In this document: one piece after another, positions 1 through 10,551 of the stretch
Layout of the letters: every line of letters begins with the position of its first letter
Position numbering within the stretch: the first letter of the stretch is position 1
Origin: an uncultured delta proteobacterium
Lineage (GTDB): Bacteria > Desulfobacterota > Binatia > UBA9968
Assembly (NCBI GenBank): GCA_963816145.1
Contig: CAWFJP010000005.1
Span: 160,001-224,000, forward strand
Reading direction: 5' to 3'
DNA: 64,000 nt
Notes under the pieces: model-generated
Databases searched by the model: none
What the model was told of the DNA's origin: nothing
The model's input: the letters and a program-made list of their open reading frames with translations, nothing else
Program-made: the position numbers and the translations under genes

Positions 1-454
1 GCCGTTTAGTTTCGAGGCGGAGCGCTACAATCTGACGCCGCTGGCAGACTTCGCCACCGGCACGGAACCGTTCCCGCAATCCGGCTTGGTCGTGCGCAAG
101 GAGCTGCTGCGCGGCAATCGGGACCTAGTCAAGCGCATGTTGATGGCCTACGTCGAGGCGATTCATGTCCTCAAAACCGATGTCGAGAGAAGTCTGCCGA
201 TCATGAAGAAATACATGCGCATCACCGACGAGGTTATCGCCAAGCGCAGTTACGAATACTATTCCAAACTGTTTTCACTCCCGCCGCTGACGGACGAAAA
301 AGGCATCGGCGTGGTGCTCAACTTTCTCGCCACCCAGCCGGGCGGAGCCGGCGCGAAGAACGCCAAAGCCGAAGAATTTTTCGACAACAGTTTGCTACAG
401 GAGTTGCGCAAGGAAGGATTCTTCGCCCGGCTGCAAGGCGGCAAGGGGTTGTGA
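1..454 (+). CDS. NMT1/THI5 (SsuA/TauA-like) ABC substrate-binding protein, 3' part (starts before window)
   Basis: C-terminal motifs shared with the other SBPs in the window (LMAYVEAIH...AEEFFDNSLLQELRKEGFF); the frame is open to the window edge. Confidence 0.8.
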   Translation, partial: PFSFEAERYNLTPLADFATGTEPFPQSGLVVRKELLRGNRDLVKRMLMAYVEAIHVLKTDVERSLPIMKKYMRITDEVIAKRSYEYYSKLFSLPPLTDEKGIGVVLNFLATQPGGAGAKNAKAEEFFDNSLLQELRKEGFFARLQGGKGL

Positions 455-469
455 GCCGAGAGAAGAAAA

Positions 470-558
470 TTAACCACAAAGAGCACATAGACCACAAAGT
501 AAGAAGAATCCGAATCCGATTATTCCCGCTATGTGACCTTTGTGCTCTTTGTGGTTAA
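470..558. repeat. Inverted pair of 9-nt-period tandem arms (ACCACAAAG type)
   Basis: TTAACCACAAAGAGCACATAGACCACAAAG (470-499) is inverted relative to CTATGTGACCTTTGTGCTCTTTGTGGTTAA (529-558). Confidence 0.8.
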
Positions 559-573
559 ATATCCGAGGTGTTT

Positions 574-2256
574 ATGTCCGTTGATCCCATCACCGTAGAA
601 ATTATCCGCTGCGCTTTGAAAGCCGCTGCCAACGAGATGTCGGCGGTTTTGAAGAAGACAGCCTATAACATGATGATCTACGAGGTGCAGGATTACTGCG
701 TCGCGGTGCTCGATGATGAGGGGCGGACGATGTCGCAGAACGAGGGCGCCTTGCCGATCTTTCTCGCCGACTTAGGCGTGGCGGTGCAAGATGGAATCGA
801 GGTTTACGGCAAGGAAAATATTCATCCCGGCGATGTCTTTCTGGTCAATCATCCGGAGATCTGCGGCCAGCACTTGAACAACATGGCGGTGTACACGCCG
901 TTTTTTTGGGACGGCAAGTTGGTCAGCTTTCTCGCCGTGCGCGCTCATTGGATCGATGTCGGCGGCGGCAGCACGGGGTTCGGGTCGAGCAACACGCGCG
1001 ATGTTTACGAAGAAGGCTTGCAGGTGCGCTCGGTGAAAATCTACAAACGCGGCGAGCCGAATACCGAAGTGCTGCACTTGATCGAGGACAACATTCGCTT
1101 TCCCGAGTCATCGCTCGGCGATCTGCGGGCGCAGATCGCCTGCTGCCGCACCGGTGAAGAACGGTTGGAGCAGATCTGCCGCAAGTACGGCGGCGCGCGA
1201 TTTCAAGAGGCGGTGCAGGCGATCTGGCATCAAACCGATAAGCTCGTGCGCGAATCGGTGCGGGCGATTCCCGACGGCGTTTACGAAGCCTCGTCGTTTC
1301 TCGACGACGACGGCCGGGTGATGAACAAGACCATTCCGCTTAAGATCAAAGTCGAAGTGCACGGCGACGAGTTTATCATCGATTATTCAGAAGTGGCGGA
1401 TCAAGTGCCGGGCTTCATCAACTGTGGCGCGTCGGGCGGTATGGCCGCGGCACGGGTGGCTTTCAAAGCGCTCACTTCGCCGCGCGGCGAAGTCAACGAA
1501 GGCTCGTTCCTCGCGCTCAAAGTGATTTTGCCGCCGGGCAAACTCTTGAGCGCGCGCCGGCCCGCGCCCATCGGCGGCTGGAGTCTGTCCTTGCCGACGG
1601 TGCTCGATACGATCTTTCGCGCCCTGGCGCCTGCGCTACCGGAGCGCGTGCCCGCGGCACACAAGGGCGATATGGGCGGCTACGCCATCTTCGGCATGAA
1701 CTCCAAAACCGGCCGGCGCTACGTCTGCCAAAATATCATCGGCGGCGGCTGGGGCGGCCGGCCCTTCGAAGACGGCGTCTCCTCCGCCGTGTCGATGTGC
1801 CAGGGCGATGTCAAAAACACGCCCATCGAATTGCAGGAACTGTATTATCCTTTGCTCTACGAGTGCCATCAGTTTCGCGCCGATAGCGGCGGCGCCGGCA
1901 AGTATCGCGGCGGCAACGGCGTCGAAGTGCGGGTCAAGCCGCTGGAGAATTGTTTCTTGAGCCGCAACACCGATCGCATCAAGTGTCCGCCTTGGGGTTT
2001 ACTGGGCGGCGCAGCGGCGATGGTCAACGAGACGCGCATCGAGCGCGGCGGCAAAGACGAACCGCTGCCCGGAAAGTTTAGCCACTTGCAGGTCCATCCC
2101 GGTGAGAGGGTGACGATATTTACGGCGGGCGGCGGCGGTTACGGCGCGCCCGACAAGCGCGACGCGGCGGCGGTACGGCGCGATGTCGCGCTCGGTTATC
2201 TGTCGCGGCACAATGCCCAGAAAAGCTACCCGCATGCCTTTTCGTCGAAGTCGTAA
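574..2256 (+). CDS. Hydantoinase B / 5-oxoprolinase B family protein
   Basis: Motifs DPITVEII, HLNN, RAHWIDVGG, GLQ, DSGGAGKYRGG, AGGGGYG; GAGGT RBS before ATG 574. Confidence 0.92.
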   Translation: MSVDPITVEIIRCALKAAANEMSAVLKKTAYNMMIYEVQDYCVAVLDDEGRTMSQNEGALPIFLADLGVAVQDGIEVYGKENIHPGDVFLVNHPEICGQHLNNMAVYTPFFWDGKLVSFLAVRAHWIDVGGGSTGFGSSNTRDVYEEGLQVRSVKIYKRGEPNTEVLHLIEDNIRFPESSLGDLRAQIACCRTGEERLEQICRKYGGARFQEAVQAIWHQTDKLVRESVRAIPDGVYEASSFLDDDGRVMNKTIPLKIKVEVHGDEFIIDYSEVADQVPGFINCGASGGMAAARVAFKALTSPRGEVNEGSFLALKVILPPGKLLSARRPAPIGGWSLSLPTVLDTIFRALAPALPERVPAAHKGDMGGYAIFGMNSKTGRRYVCQNIIGGGWGGRPFEDGVSSAVSMCQGDVKNTPIELQELYYPLLYECHQFRADSGGAGKYRGGNGVEVRVKPLENCFLSRNTDRIKCPPWGLLGGAAAMVNETRIERGGKDEPLPGKFSHLQVHPGERVTIFTAGGGGYGAPDKRDAAAVRRDVALGYLSRHNAQKSYPHAFSSKS

Positions 2257-2284
2257 TCCTAACAGCCGTCGAAAGTCGGAGGCG

Positions 2285-3340
2285 ATGATGAACAGACTGA
2301 TTCGATACTCGATGCTGACGATTCTCGTCTTATTGTCTAGCGCCAATGGTTGGGCGCAGGCGAAGAAAACTTTTTCGCTCGCCGAACTCGGTGCCTACAC
2401 GGGTGCAGACCGCGAGCAACGGCTAATCGCCGGGGCGAAGGCGGAGGGCAAGGTGGTTTGGTACACCTCGCTCGCCGGCAGCTCCTACAAAGATCTCGCC
2501 AAAGGCTTCGAGACCAAGTACGGCCTCAAGATCGAACCCTATCGCGCCACCAGCTCAGACATTATGACCAAGGTGACGGCGGAGGCACAGGCCAAACAGG
2601 TCATCGCCGATGTGATCGAGACGACCTTGCCGACGCTGCGCTTTCTGCGCGAGAGCAAACTGCTAATTCCATACACGTCCGTGCATCTCGCCAAATATCC
2701 GGCGCACGCCAAGGAAAACGCCACCAAGGGTTTGGTCTACTGGGGGATCGACCGCGAGACCTACATGGGCGTGGGCTACAATACCAATCTGATTCCCGCC
2801 ACGGCGATCCCAAAAAACTACGGTGATCTCCTCAAGCCGGAGCTCAAGGGCAAGATCGGTTTCGTTTCCAATGAGACCGGCACGCGAACGTTGGGCTCGA
2901 TTCTCAACATCAAGGGCGAAGAGTTCGTCAAGAGATTACGCGTCCAGGAAATCTCTTTGCACAATATCTCGGGCCGGGCGATGGCCGATCTCGTCATGTC
3001 GGGTGAAGTGGCGCTATCGCCGACAATCTTTCGCGATCACGCGCTGGAGGCGAAGGCCAAAGGCGCGCCGATCGACTGGGCGGCGATGGAAGTGGTGCCG
3101 ACCAACGCCGGTGGTGTGTCGCTGGTCGCGCAGGCGCCCCATCCCTACGCCGCGGTCCTGCTCACGGATTTTCTTCTCGGCCCTGAGGCGGCAAAAATCC
3201 TCGGGGATTTAGAATATGGCAGCGTGTTCAAGCCGGTTTCCTACAAACTCTGGTATCCCGAGACAGGTCTATCGACGGTGCAGTACGACAAGGCAGCCGA
3301 GCGCTGGGAAAAGCTTTTGCGGGAGATCGGTAAGAAATAG
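2285..3340 (+). CDS. Extracellular solute-binding protein (Fe3+/SBP_bac_6-like)
   Basis: Signal peptide; AKAEGKVVWYTS, YNTNL, DLLKPELKGK, APHPYAA motifs; GGAGG RBS. Confidence 0.85.
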   Translation: MMNRLIRYSMLTILVLLSSANGWAQAKKTFSLAELGAYTGADREQRLIAGAKAEGKVVWYTSLAGSSYKDLAKGFETKYGLKIEPYRATSSDIMTKVTAEAQAKQVIADVIETTLPTLRFLRESKLLIPYTSVHLAKYPAHAKENATKGLVYWGIDRETYMGVGYNTNLIPATAIPKNYGDLLKPELKGKIGFVSNETGTRTLGSILNIKGEEFVKRLRVQEISLHNISGRAMADLVMSGEVALSPTIFRDHALEAKAKGAPIDWAAMEVVPTNAGGVSLVAQAPHPYAAVLLTDFLLGPEAAKILGDLEYGSVFKPVSYKLWYPETGLSTVQYDKAAERWEKLLREIGKK

Positions 3341-3349
3341 TTTTGACAA

Positions 3350-4327
3350 TCAGCGGTACAAACCGTCGATGTAGCCGCTACGATCCAGGTCTTCTAGGTA
3401 TTTTGTATCGATGAAGTCCTTCGGATCGGCGCTTTTCGCGGCCGGGATTTGGTCGGCCAACTCGGCAAACACGGCTTTGAATCCATCCATCGTCGGGTAC
3501 GGTTTGCGCGGCAGGAAGCTGCGCAGGACTTGCATGGCTTCTTCTTGTTCTCGGTCTTGTTGCAGGCGGATGTAGCGGCGGAACGCTTGCTTGGCAACCT
3601 CGGCATTGGTCATGGCCAGATGGATGCCTTCGACAAAAGATTTGACCACGCGCCGGGAAATGTCCGGCGCTTTCGACAACTGGGCGCGCGTCGTAACGAG
3701 GCCGGTGTGTTGAAAGGGAACGTTCATCTCTTCCATGTTAGCGAGCACGCGCATGCCGGCGTCCTGCGCCTTCTTATGATCCGGCGGTTCAACAATAGTC
3801 GCATCGATGCTGTTTGCGATCAGCGCCGCCAGGCGCGTCGGAGCGCCACCGACTTGAATCAACGTCAAATCTTTTTCCGGATTGAAGCCGAGTTTACCGA
3901 GCAGCAGGCGAGTGGCGCGATCAGCGCCGGCGCCGAAGCGCGACACGCCGACCCGTTTACCTCTCAGATCGGCGACGGAAGCGATTTCCGGTCGGGTGAT
4001 CAAACGATACAAAAGTTTGTTGAGGAAGCCAGCGATCATGACTAGGTCCGCACCTTGCAACCGGGGCGCGGACATCAACGAGCCGGTCATCTCGCCGAAG
4101 GCGATGTTGCCGGCGATCAGCGCGCGCTGCACCAAGGCGCTTTCCAGATAAAGCACTTCGACGTCGAGGCCGTTTTTCTCGAAGAGCCTGCCTTCCTTGG
4201 TGATCCACAGGACAGACATCGCCACCGACGGCGCGCCGTAGCCGATACGCAGCTTGTCGGCGGCCAAGCTCGGATGAATCAATCCGCTACCGAGTGTGAA
4301 GAGGAGAGTGAGAAGGCCGCAGCGCAT
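3350..4327 (-). CDS. NMT1/THI5-type ABC substrate-binding protein
   Basis: Signal peptide; FEKNGLDVE, DLRGKRVGVSRFG, DFIDTKYLEDL motifs. Confidence 0.9.
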   Translation of the reverse strand: MRCGLLTLLFTLGSGLIHPSLAADKLRIGYGAPSVAMSVLWITKEGRLFEKNGLDVEVLYLESALVQRALIAGNIAFGEMTGSLMSAPRLQGADLVMIAGFLNKLLYRLITRPEIASVADLRGKRVGVSRFGAGADRATRLLLGKLGFNPEKDLTLIQVGGAPTRLAALIANSIDATIVEPPDHKKAQDAGMRVLANMEEMNVPFQHTGLVTTRAQLSKAPDISRRVVKSFVEGIHLAMTNAEVAKQAFRRYIRLQQDREQEEAMQVLRSFLPRKPYPTMDGFKAVFAELADQIPAAKSADPKDFIDTKYLEDLDRSGYIDGLYR

Positions 4328-4345
4328 GATTGGGTGTTCTGATGG

Positions 4346-4474
4346 GTTCCAATCGTTCCAGTTGTTCCAAGGTTTCAGAGGTTACCTAACCGAGACCATT
4401 TCTCACAGAGTCGGTGAAGCGATCCAAGAGCCTTAAACGAATGGAACATTTGGAACCACTGGAACCGTTGGAAC
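4346..4474. repeat. Inverted pair of 9-nt-period GTTCCA/TGGAAC arrays
   Basis: GTTCCA at 4346, 4355 and 4364; TGGAAC at 4442, 4451, 4460 and 4469. Confidence 0.85.
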
Positions 4475-4482
4475 GGAATTTT

Positions 4483-5882
4483 TCATTGCCTTGTGACGCA
4501 ACCCTTCAGACCTTCGTGGTAGCCCCGGTCCCAGGCTTCTTCGTAGTCGGGCAATTCGTTCAATAGAAGAATATCGTCGTAGGTGCCGTGGCCGGAACCG
4601 ATGCGCCGTTCGGGATGGACGCATTCGCGGCGCGGCATGGGTAAATTGTATTTCTTCCAGCTGTTATAGTAGTTGCCCATGAGCTGTAGATAATATTCCA
4701 GCGGGATCGGCGGCTGCTGCCATTGCGATCCCAAGTTGGAGCCAGGTTCGCGGCGCCATTGGTTGAAGCGCGGGATGATGCCGTGGCTCATCATGAAATC
4801 GACGCCGTCGGAAGTGGATTTCACCGCCTCGGCGACGGTTTCGAAGCCGTAGGGTTTTGCCATCTCGACGCCGCCGACGAAGTTGGGCCGGACGTTGCCT
4901 TCGCCAAAAATATCGACTTCGTCGATCATGCTTCTCACCCAGCCGTCCCAGCCGACGCGGCGGTTCTTGCCGGGGTTGATCCATTCGAAAAGCGTTTCTC
5001 CCATACTTCCATATTCGAATGATGGCAGTCCACGCCGGCGGCGCGGTAGTGCTTCATCGTGTCTTTGTCTTGGGCGTTGGACTGCAGGTTGACAAATCTG
5101 CGCCGGCCGCCCCATTTGAGCGCCGAGACATATTCGGAATAAAAGTCGAGCTCGTTCTTGCCGTGGAGGGTTTTCAAAATCGTCCCGCCGGTGATGAGGA
5201 AATCCATCGGCGGGGTGAAGCCGACTTCCTCGGTCGCGTCTTGTTCGATGGAGCGCGCGACTTCGACCATGTATTTCACTGGTTTCACCGGCGCGTCGAA
5301 AGTGAAGTCCTTGGATTCCTTCATCTGCCGGGCGTTGATGTTGATGTCGCAGAAGCGGCATTCCTCGTCGGGGCCCCAGTACTGGCAATTGCGAAACACC
5401 GTGACGAAGTAGCCGAAGGCGATGATCTCGTGATAGGCCGTGCCGTCGTCGAACTTGCGCGTGTAGTATTTCATCGGCTTGGGAAAGTAGACCTCGCAGA
5501 TCGCTTTGCCATTGAGCAGCAGCATCGGTTGGCCGTCGACGACGTCGATGACATAGGGCGAGTTGGAATCGAGGGTGGTCTGAATGCTCACCGGTCTGAG
5601 GCCGTACATGCCGCGCCGGATGGTGAACCACTCGGGGATCTTGCGGTGCTCTTTGCGCTTCATGTCCTTCATCGCCATGAGATCGTAGGAAAACAGCCGG
5701 TAGGATTTCACCAGCGCTTGCGACGCCAACTCCAACGCGGCGTCGCTGAACCAGTGGCCGACGCGCAGCAAATCGTGCTTTAAAATTATTTCTCGCGGCA
5801 GGTCGCGATAGCGTGAAAAGTAGCTTTCGAGTTCAGGTAAGGTGCGGCTATTGGCGTCTGTGGTTTCTGAGATGGTTTCCAT
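4483..5882 (-). CDS. Radical SAM protein (CX8CX2C), split by a single-base frameshift near 4992
   Basis: CQYWGPDEECRFC motif and ITGGT. ORF 4935..5981 (...MEVWEKR) continues as LFEWINPGK... in ORF 4483..5631 if one base is restored. Confidence 0.8.
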
Positions 5883-6081
5883 GAGTATGGTTTCCTTTCC
5901 GCGTCTGGCGTTAGGTAGCGGGGGGAGAACAGGTCCGATGGCAAAGCTCGACGATGTCACGGCATCGTCTTCGGATTGCAAACTACCTATGGCAATGTTA
6001 CGTGGCTGTCAAGTTATTAGTAGGTTGAAGCTGAAGCCACCGGGCGGAGCAGTTCTGTTCGGGTCTCGCAGGAGGGATGCG

Positions 6082-7158
6082 ATGCTTACGATCGACGCCG
6101 ATGCTCATGTCATGGAAGGGCCGCGGACCTGGGAATACTGCGACCCGTCGGAGCGCAAGTTTATGCCGGTGTTGGTCGATCCCGGCGCCGACTCCGACCG
6201 TCAGTTCTGGTTGGTCGACGGCAAGATCCGCGGCCATGTGCGCCATGTGATCAAGCCCAAGGACTTTCAGGCGCTTGCCCAGGCCAGCGGCCGGGACATG
6301 GTCGTGCCGCCGGAAGCGCAGCACCTCGAAGATGTCCCGGCGCGCATTCGCCACATGGACGAGATGGGCATTGATATTCAAGTGATGTATCCGACGATTT
6401 TCATCCAGCAGGTCACCGACAAGCCCGAGTTCGAAGTGCCGATCTGCAAAGCCTACAACCGCTGGATGGCCGATGTCTGGAAGCAAGGCAATGGCCGCTT
6501 GCGCTGGGTCTGCGTGCTGCCGCTGTTGAGTATTCATGACTCCATCGACATGTTGCCTTGGTGCAAGGAGAACGGCGCGGTGGCGGTGCTGATGCGGCCC
6601 TTCGAAGGCGACCGGTTGATCCAAGATCCGTATTTCCATCCGCTCTACGACGCGATGACAAAGCGCGATCTGCCGGTGGGCATGCATATCGGCAACGGCA
6701 ATCCGGGATGCCTGGATATCACCCGCCAGCGCGTCGGTTATGGCGCCGGCTTCTGGAGCATGTCGGCCAACACCGCCGGCGCGTGCCACGCGGTCATTAC
6801 CAGCAAGCTGCCGGAAGTGTTCCCAGCTCTGCGCTTCGGTTTCATCGAAGCCTCGGCGCAATGGATTCCCTGGGTCTTCAAAGACATCAAGCGGCGCGCC
6901 GAAGGGCGCAAGCTGCCGGAGAACTTTTTCGAAACCTATCGTCTCTATGTTTCCTGCTACAGCAGCACCGACGACATCGAATACATCGCGCAGTATTCCA
7001 CTGAAAATGTCTTGATGACCGGCACCGACTATGGCCATGTCGATATGTCGGTGGAGATCGACGCACTGCGGTCGCTGGAAAAGAGCGGCAAGGTGCGGCC
7101 CGAACTGGCGCGGAAAATTTTGTACGATAATCCGGCAAGATTTTATGGGATTCAATAA
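6082..7158 (+). CDS. Amidohydrolase family 2 protein
   Basis: IDADAH, MDEMGIDIQVMYPT, GMHIG, IEA, GTDYGH, NPARFY motifs; GGAGG RBS. Confidence 0.92.
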   Translation: MLTIDADAHVMEGPRTWEYCDPSERKFMPVLVDPGADSDRQFWLVDGKIRGHVRHVIKPKDFQALAQASGRDMVVPPEAQHLEDVPARIRHMDEMGIDIQVMYPTIFIQQVTDKPEFEVPICKAYNRWMADVWKQGNGRLRWVCVLPLLSIHDSIDMLPWCKENGAVAVLMRPFEGDRLIQDPYFHPLYDAMTKRDLPVGMHIGNGNPGCLDITRQRVGYGAGFWSMSANTAGACHAVITSKLPEVFPALRFGFIEASAQWIPWVFKDIKRRAEGRKLPENFFETYRLYVSCYSSTDDIEYIAQYSTENVLMTGTDYGHVDMSVEIDALRSLEKSGKVRPELARKILYDNPARFYGIQ

Positions 7159-7166
7159 ATCAAACC

Positions 7167-7200
7167 GTTCCAATTGTTCCAGGGGGTTCCAATCGTTCCA
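7167..7200. repeat. GTTCCA tandem array (single arm)
   Basis: Four GTTCCA copies at 9-10 nt spacing directly after the stop codon. Confidence 0.75.
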
Positions 7201-7217
7201 GTTGTTTTAACCGGTGA

Positions 7218-8216
7218 TTGTGGATGATGCGGTTAACTTCAGTTCGATTCGCGGCTGTATATGTTTTATCTGCGTTCTTTACCAACGCCGACGCGTTGGC
7301 GCAGCTGACCAAGCTTAACGTCGGCTATGTCGGCATCACTTCGGATAACGCCGCGGCGTTCATCGCGCGCGACATCGGAATTTACGCGCGCAATGGGCTG
7401 GATGTGCAGCTGATCTACATGAACAGCGGCAGCACGGCGGTGGCGGCTTTGATCAGCGGCGATACGCCGATCTCACAGACCGCCGGACCGAGCGTCATCA
7501 ATGCGACCATGAACGGCTCCGACATTGTGATGATCGCGGGCGGCAATGTGACACTGGATTACTGGATGCTCAGCCGTCCCGAGATCAAGAGCGCTGAGCA
7601 GTTGAAGGGCGGCGCGGTGGCGATCAGCCGCTTCGGCTCGGCGTCCGATTTCATCGTCCGCTATGCGCTGCAGCGACTGGGGTTGGTTCCTGTGAAGGAC
7701 GTGGCGATCTTGCAAGTCGGGTCGCTGACTGAACGGCTCGCCGCGATGGAAACCAAGCGTGTGCAGGCCACCGTGCTGGCACCGCCGGCCATGTATCAAG
7801 CGCAAATGCGCGGCTTTAATATGCTCGCCGACATCGCCGCCCTCGGTCTGCCCTATCAGGCCACCGGCGTGGCGACGACGCGAAAGTTCATTCGTGAGCG
7901 GCCAGATGTTGTCCGCCGCTATATCAAAGCCCATGTCGAAGCCGTGCACCGCTTCAAGACCGACCGCGAAGCCTCGTTGAAGGTACTGGCCAAGTCACTA
8001 GCGATCTCCGACAAACAGTTGCTTGAGAGAACTTATGAAGGCGCCATCGCCGAGCATAAACTGCCGGCGAAGCAGTATCCGACGCTCGAAGGTTTGAAGA
8101 CCATCATGGCGAGCGACCCCAAAGCCAAGGGCGCGAAACCCGAAGACTTTGCCGATCTGCGTTTTATCAAAGAGCTCGACGATAGCGGTTACATCGACAA
8201 GTTGTATAAGAAATGA
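7218..8216 (+). CDS. NMT1/THI5-type ABC substrate-binding protein
   Basis: NGLDVQLI, LKGGAVAISRFGSASD, EDFADLRFIKELD motifs; exact start uncertain (7218-7227). Confidence 0.9.
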   Translation: MWMMRLTSVRFAAVYVLSAFFTNADALAQLTKLNVGYVGITSDNAAAFIARDIGIYARNGLDVQLIYMNSGSTAVAALISGDTPISQTAGPSVINATMNGSDIVMIAGGNVTLDYWMLSRPEIKSAEQLKGGAVAISRFGSASDFIVRYALQRLGLVPVKDVAILQVGSLTERLAAMETKRVQATVLAPPAMYQAQMRGFNMLADIAALGLPYQATGVATTRKFIRERPDVVRRYIKAHVEAVHRFKTDREASLKVLAKSLAISDKQLLERTYEGAIAEHKLPAKQYPTLEGLKTIMASDPKAKGAKPEDFADLRFIKELDDSGYIDKLYKK

Positions 8217-8496
8217 ATTCCTCAAGTAACCAACCAGTGTGCCAAAGATAGTCTTACGTCATTCTTCAATCCGTTCGATGGTTGGACGCGGTTCTTGCTC
8301 GCGGCCAAATGCCGAAGGACTCCGCAACGCCGTGCTCGCTGCAAAGTAGACGTCGTTCATTGTGACTGATCAGGCGACCTTCAGCGGAGAACCGCGTAGG
8401 AATCGCTTCTTGATCCTCCCGGTTGTTCAGACCATATTGGATGGCAGATAAACGAGTCGTTCGTCAATTACCCCAGTCGAAAGCGAGAAAAACACT

Positions 8497-9486
8497 ATGA
8501 ATAATCTGAAACTGCTTTTCGTCTGCGCCATATTCTGGAGTTCGAGCGCATCTGCTGTTTCCGCCGCGGCGGCGCCGCAGAAGGTTGTCATCACGCCGGC
8601 GAGCTTCAGCGAGCGAGAGGGGATCTTGATCGTGGCGCAGAACCAGGGGTTCTTTCGCAAGCACAATCTCGATGTGCAGTTGGTGCTGATGCCCAGCGCG
8701 CCTGTCGCATTCGCCGCTTTGGCGGCGGGGGAGTCGCAGTTTTACTTCGGCACAACCTCGGGCACGAGCTTGGGCGCGGTGGTGAATGGGCTCGATGGGG
8801 TATTCATCGCCGGTTTTATCAATAAGCTGGTCGGCGCTTTCGCGGTCGGCAAAGACATCAAGACGCCCAACGATCTCAAAGGGAAGTCCATTGGTGTTGC
8901 CAGCCTCGGCGGCGGCAACTGGATGTTCACCATGTTGGCCTTCGACCATTGGGGGATCGAGCCCAAGCGCGACAACATCACTTTTCGTATTATCGGCAAT
9001 ACCGGTGTGCGCGCGCAGTCTATTGCTAGCGGTATCATCGCAGGCTCTATGCTGGGCTATACTTTCGCCACCAACTTACGGCGCGATGGCTACCCGATCC
9101 TCGCCGATGTCGCCGATCTGAATATCCCGTTTCAGGACAGCGCGCTGTTTACCCGCAAGAGCTTTCTCAATCAGCATCCGGAGACGGTGGAAAATGTCCT
9201 TCGGGCGCTGCTCGACGCCATCGCATTCATTCAAGACCCAGGCAACAAGAACGCCGTACTCAAGAGTTTGGTCCAGTGGCTGCGGCTGGCGAAGACCGAG
9301 GACGCGGTCGAAGGCTATGAGTTCATGCGCCGGATGTACACCAAGCGTATTTATCCCACTATCGATGGCATCCGGAATTCCATTCGGGTGCTCAGCACGA
9401 CCAATGAAAAATTTCGCGGCTTGAAGGCGGAGGATCTGGTCGACGACCGGATCGTCAGGAAGCTGGAAAAGGAAGGGGTTTTTTAG
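8497..9486 (+). CDS. NMT1/THI5-type ABC substrate-binding protein
   Basis: Signal peptide; GFFRKHNLDV, DLKGKSIGV, EDLVDDRIVRKLE motifs. Confidence 0.9.
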   Translation: MNNLKLLFVCAIFWSSSASAVSAAAAPQKVVITPASFSEREGILIVAQNQGFFRKHNLDVQLVLMPSAPVAFAALAAGESQFYFGTTSGTSLGAVVNGLDGVFIAGFINKLVGAFAVGKDIKTPNDLKGKSIGVASLGGGNWMFTMLAFDHWGIEPKRDNITFRIIGNTGVRAQSIASGIIAGSMLGYTFATNLRRDGYPILADVADLNIPFQDSALFTRKSFLNQHPETVENVLRALLDAIAFIQDPGNKNAVLKSLVQWLRLAKTEDAVEGYEFMRRMYTKRIYPTIDGIRNSIRVLSTTNEKFRGLKAEDLVDDRIVRKLEKEGVF

Positions 9487-9540
9487 TTACCACCCCGGTC
9501 TGGGTACTTCGCGCTTCCGGTTGCGCTGCCAAAGCCTGCT

Positions 9541-10311
9541 ATGGGACGTTCACCCGCCATTCACTTACTGGTTTCCATTATTTTGTTTGGCTCCGGCTGC
9601 GCCACGGTCATACCGCTTTCGCGAATCGAAGTGGTCGAGTCCCGCTCGATCACTACGAATCCTGCACTGGCGAATTATCTCGTGACCGTGCATGTCCTGC
9701 TGCAAGTGCACGAACATCCCGACGAAACAATTCGGGCGACAGAGGATAAAGCCCGAATATCAGCGTGTCAGGAACGAATTGTGGCTAATGCGTTACGCCT
9801 TGGCGAGAGCGGGATCCGCGCGATTGTCGCCGAGGGAATCTACGGGGTTGGCTCGTTAGACAAACCGCTGCCAGTCGATACAATGCAATTCTCACAAACG
9901 AATAGGACTCGCGCGGCTGAAATCTTAGCCGCCCGTTCCGACATGGCGGTCTATGGTTTTGAGCTGAAGCCCTTGAACGAATTCGGCATGTCCGTGGTCC
10001 AGCAGCTTGGCAGCTCCGCCGCCCGAGCGCGTGAGATCGGGAAAGATAGCTCAGGAATATCCAAACCCAGTAACGACGAGGAAATTAATAGGCTTATCCA
10101 AGATGAGGCTACGCGCCTCAATCTGTGGCATGCCGGACTGGTGCCGGAAAGAAGCTTTCTTGCCTTACAAACCGCTCTCGCCGTTGCCTTGGCCCGTCGC
10201 GAAAATCAGGTACAACTGATTATTGGCAAGGCCCACTGGCGCGATTTGGTTTACGCGGTGAATCGCCAGGAAGACGTACGGCTGCGGCTGGTGCCGTATC
10301 CTTGCGACTAG
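9541..10311 (+). CDS. Hypothetical putative lipoprotein
   Basis: 256-aa ORF with a hydrophobic N-terminus and lipobox-like GSGC; no recognised domain. Confidence 0.55.
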   Translation: MGRSPAIHLLVSIILFGSGCATVIPLSRIEVVESRSITTNPALANYLVTVHVLLQVHEHPDETIRATEDKARISACQERIVANALRLGESGIRAIVAEGIYGVGSLDKPLPVDTMQFSQTNRTRAAEILAARSDMAVYGFELKPLNEFGMSVVQQLGSSAARAREIGKDSSGISKPSNDEEINRLIQDEATRLNLWHAGLVPERSFLALQTALAVALARRENQVQLIIGKAHWRDLVYAVNRQEDVRLRLVPYPCD

Positions 10312-10551
10312 CGCTGAAATAGAATTGCCGAGTTTATCCACTGTGCGCCGCCGCATCGGCTGACCTCTGACCTCATTCCAGACCGCCAAATATTTTCACA
10401 GCGTTGACAGAAGCAAACGCACTCGACTAGTGTCCGGGAAGCCCCACGGGGTTTAGCGCCTCGACTAGTCAGAACATCTTGATCTGAAAGATAGGCGCTG
10501 GGGGAAGGCGCATTGACGTAACGACGCTACAAGAGAAGGGAGAGAGAAGCC

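Noticed and set aside
4346-4474. Short regular repeats as a CRISPR array (also 21849, 24077, 60398, 60970)
   Set aside because: Units are 9 nt with 2-3 variable bases arranged as inverted arms; there are no 23-47 nt repeats with 30-40 nt spacers and no cas genes.
4985-5000. Programmed ribosomal frameshift in the radical SAM gene and other split genes
   Set aside because: No canonical slippery heptamer or stimulatory structure is present, and similar indels occur across unrelated genes in the window.
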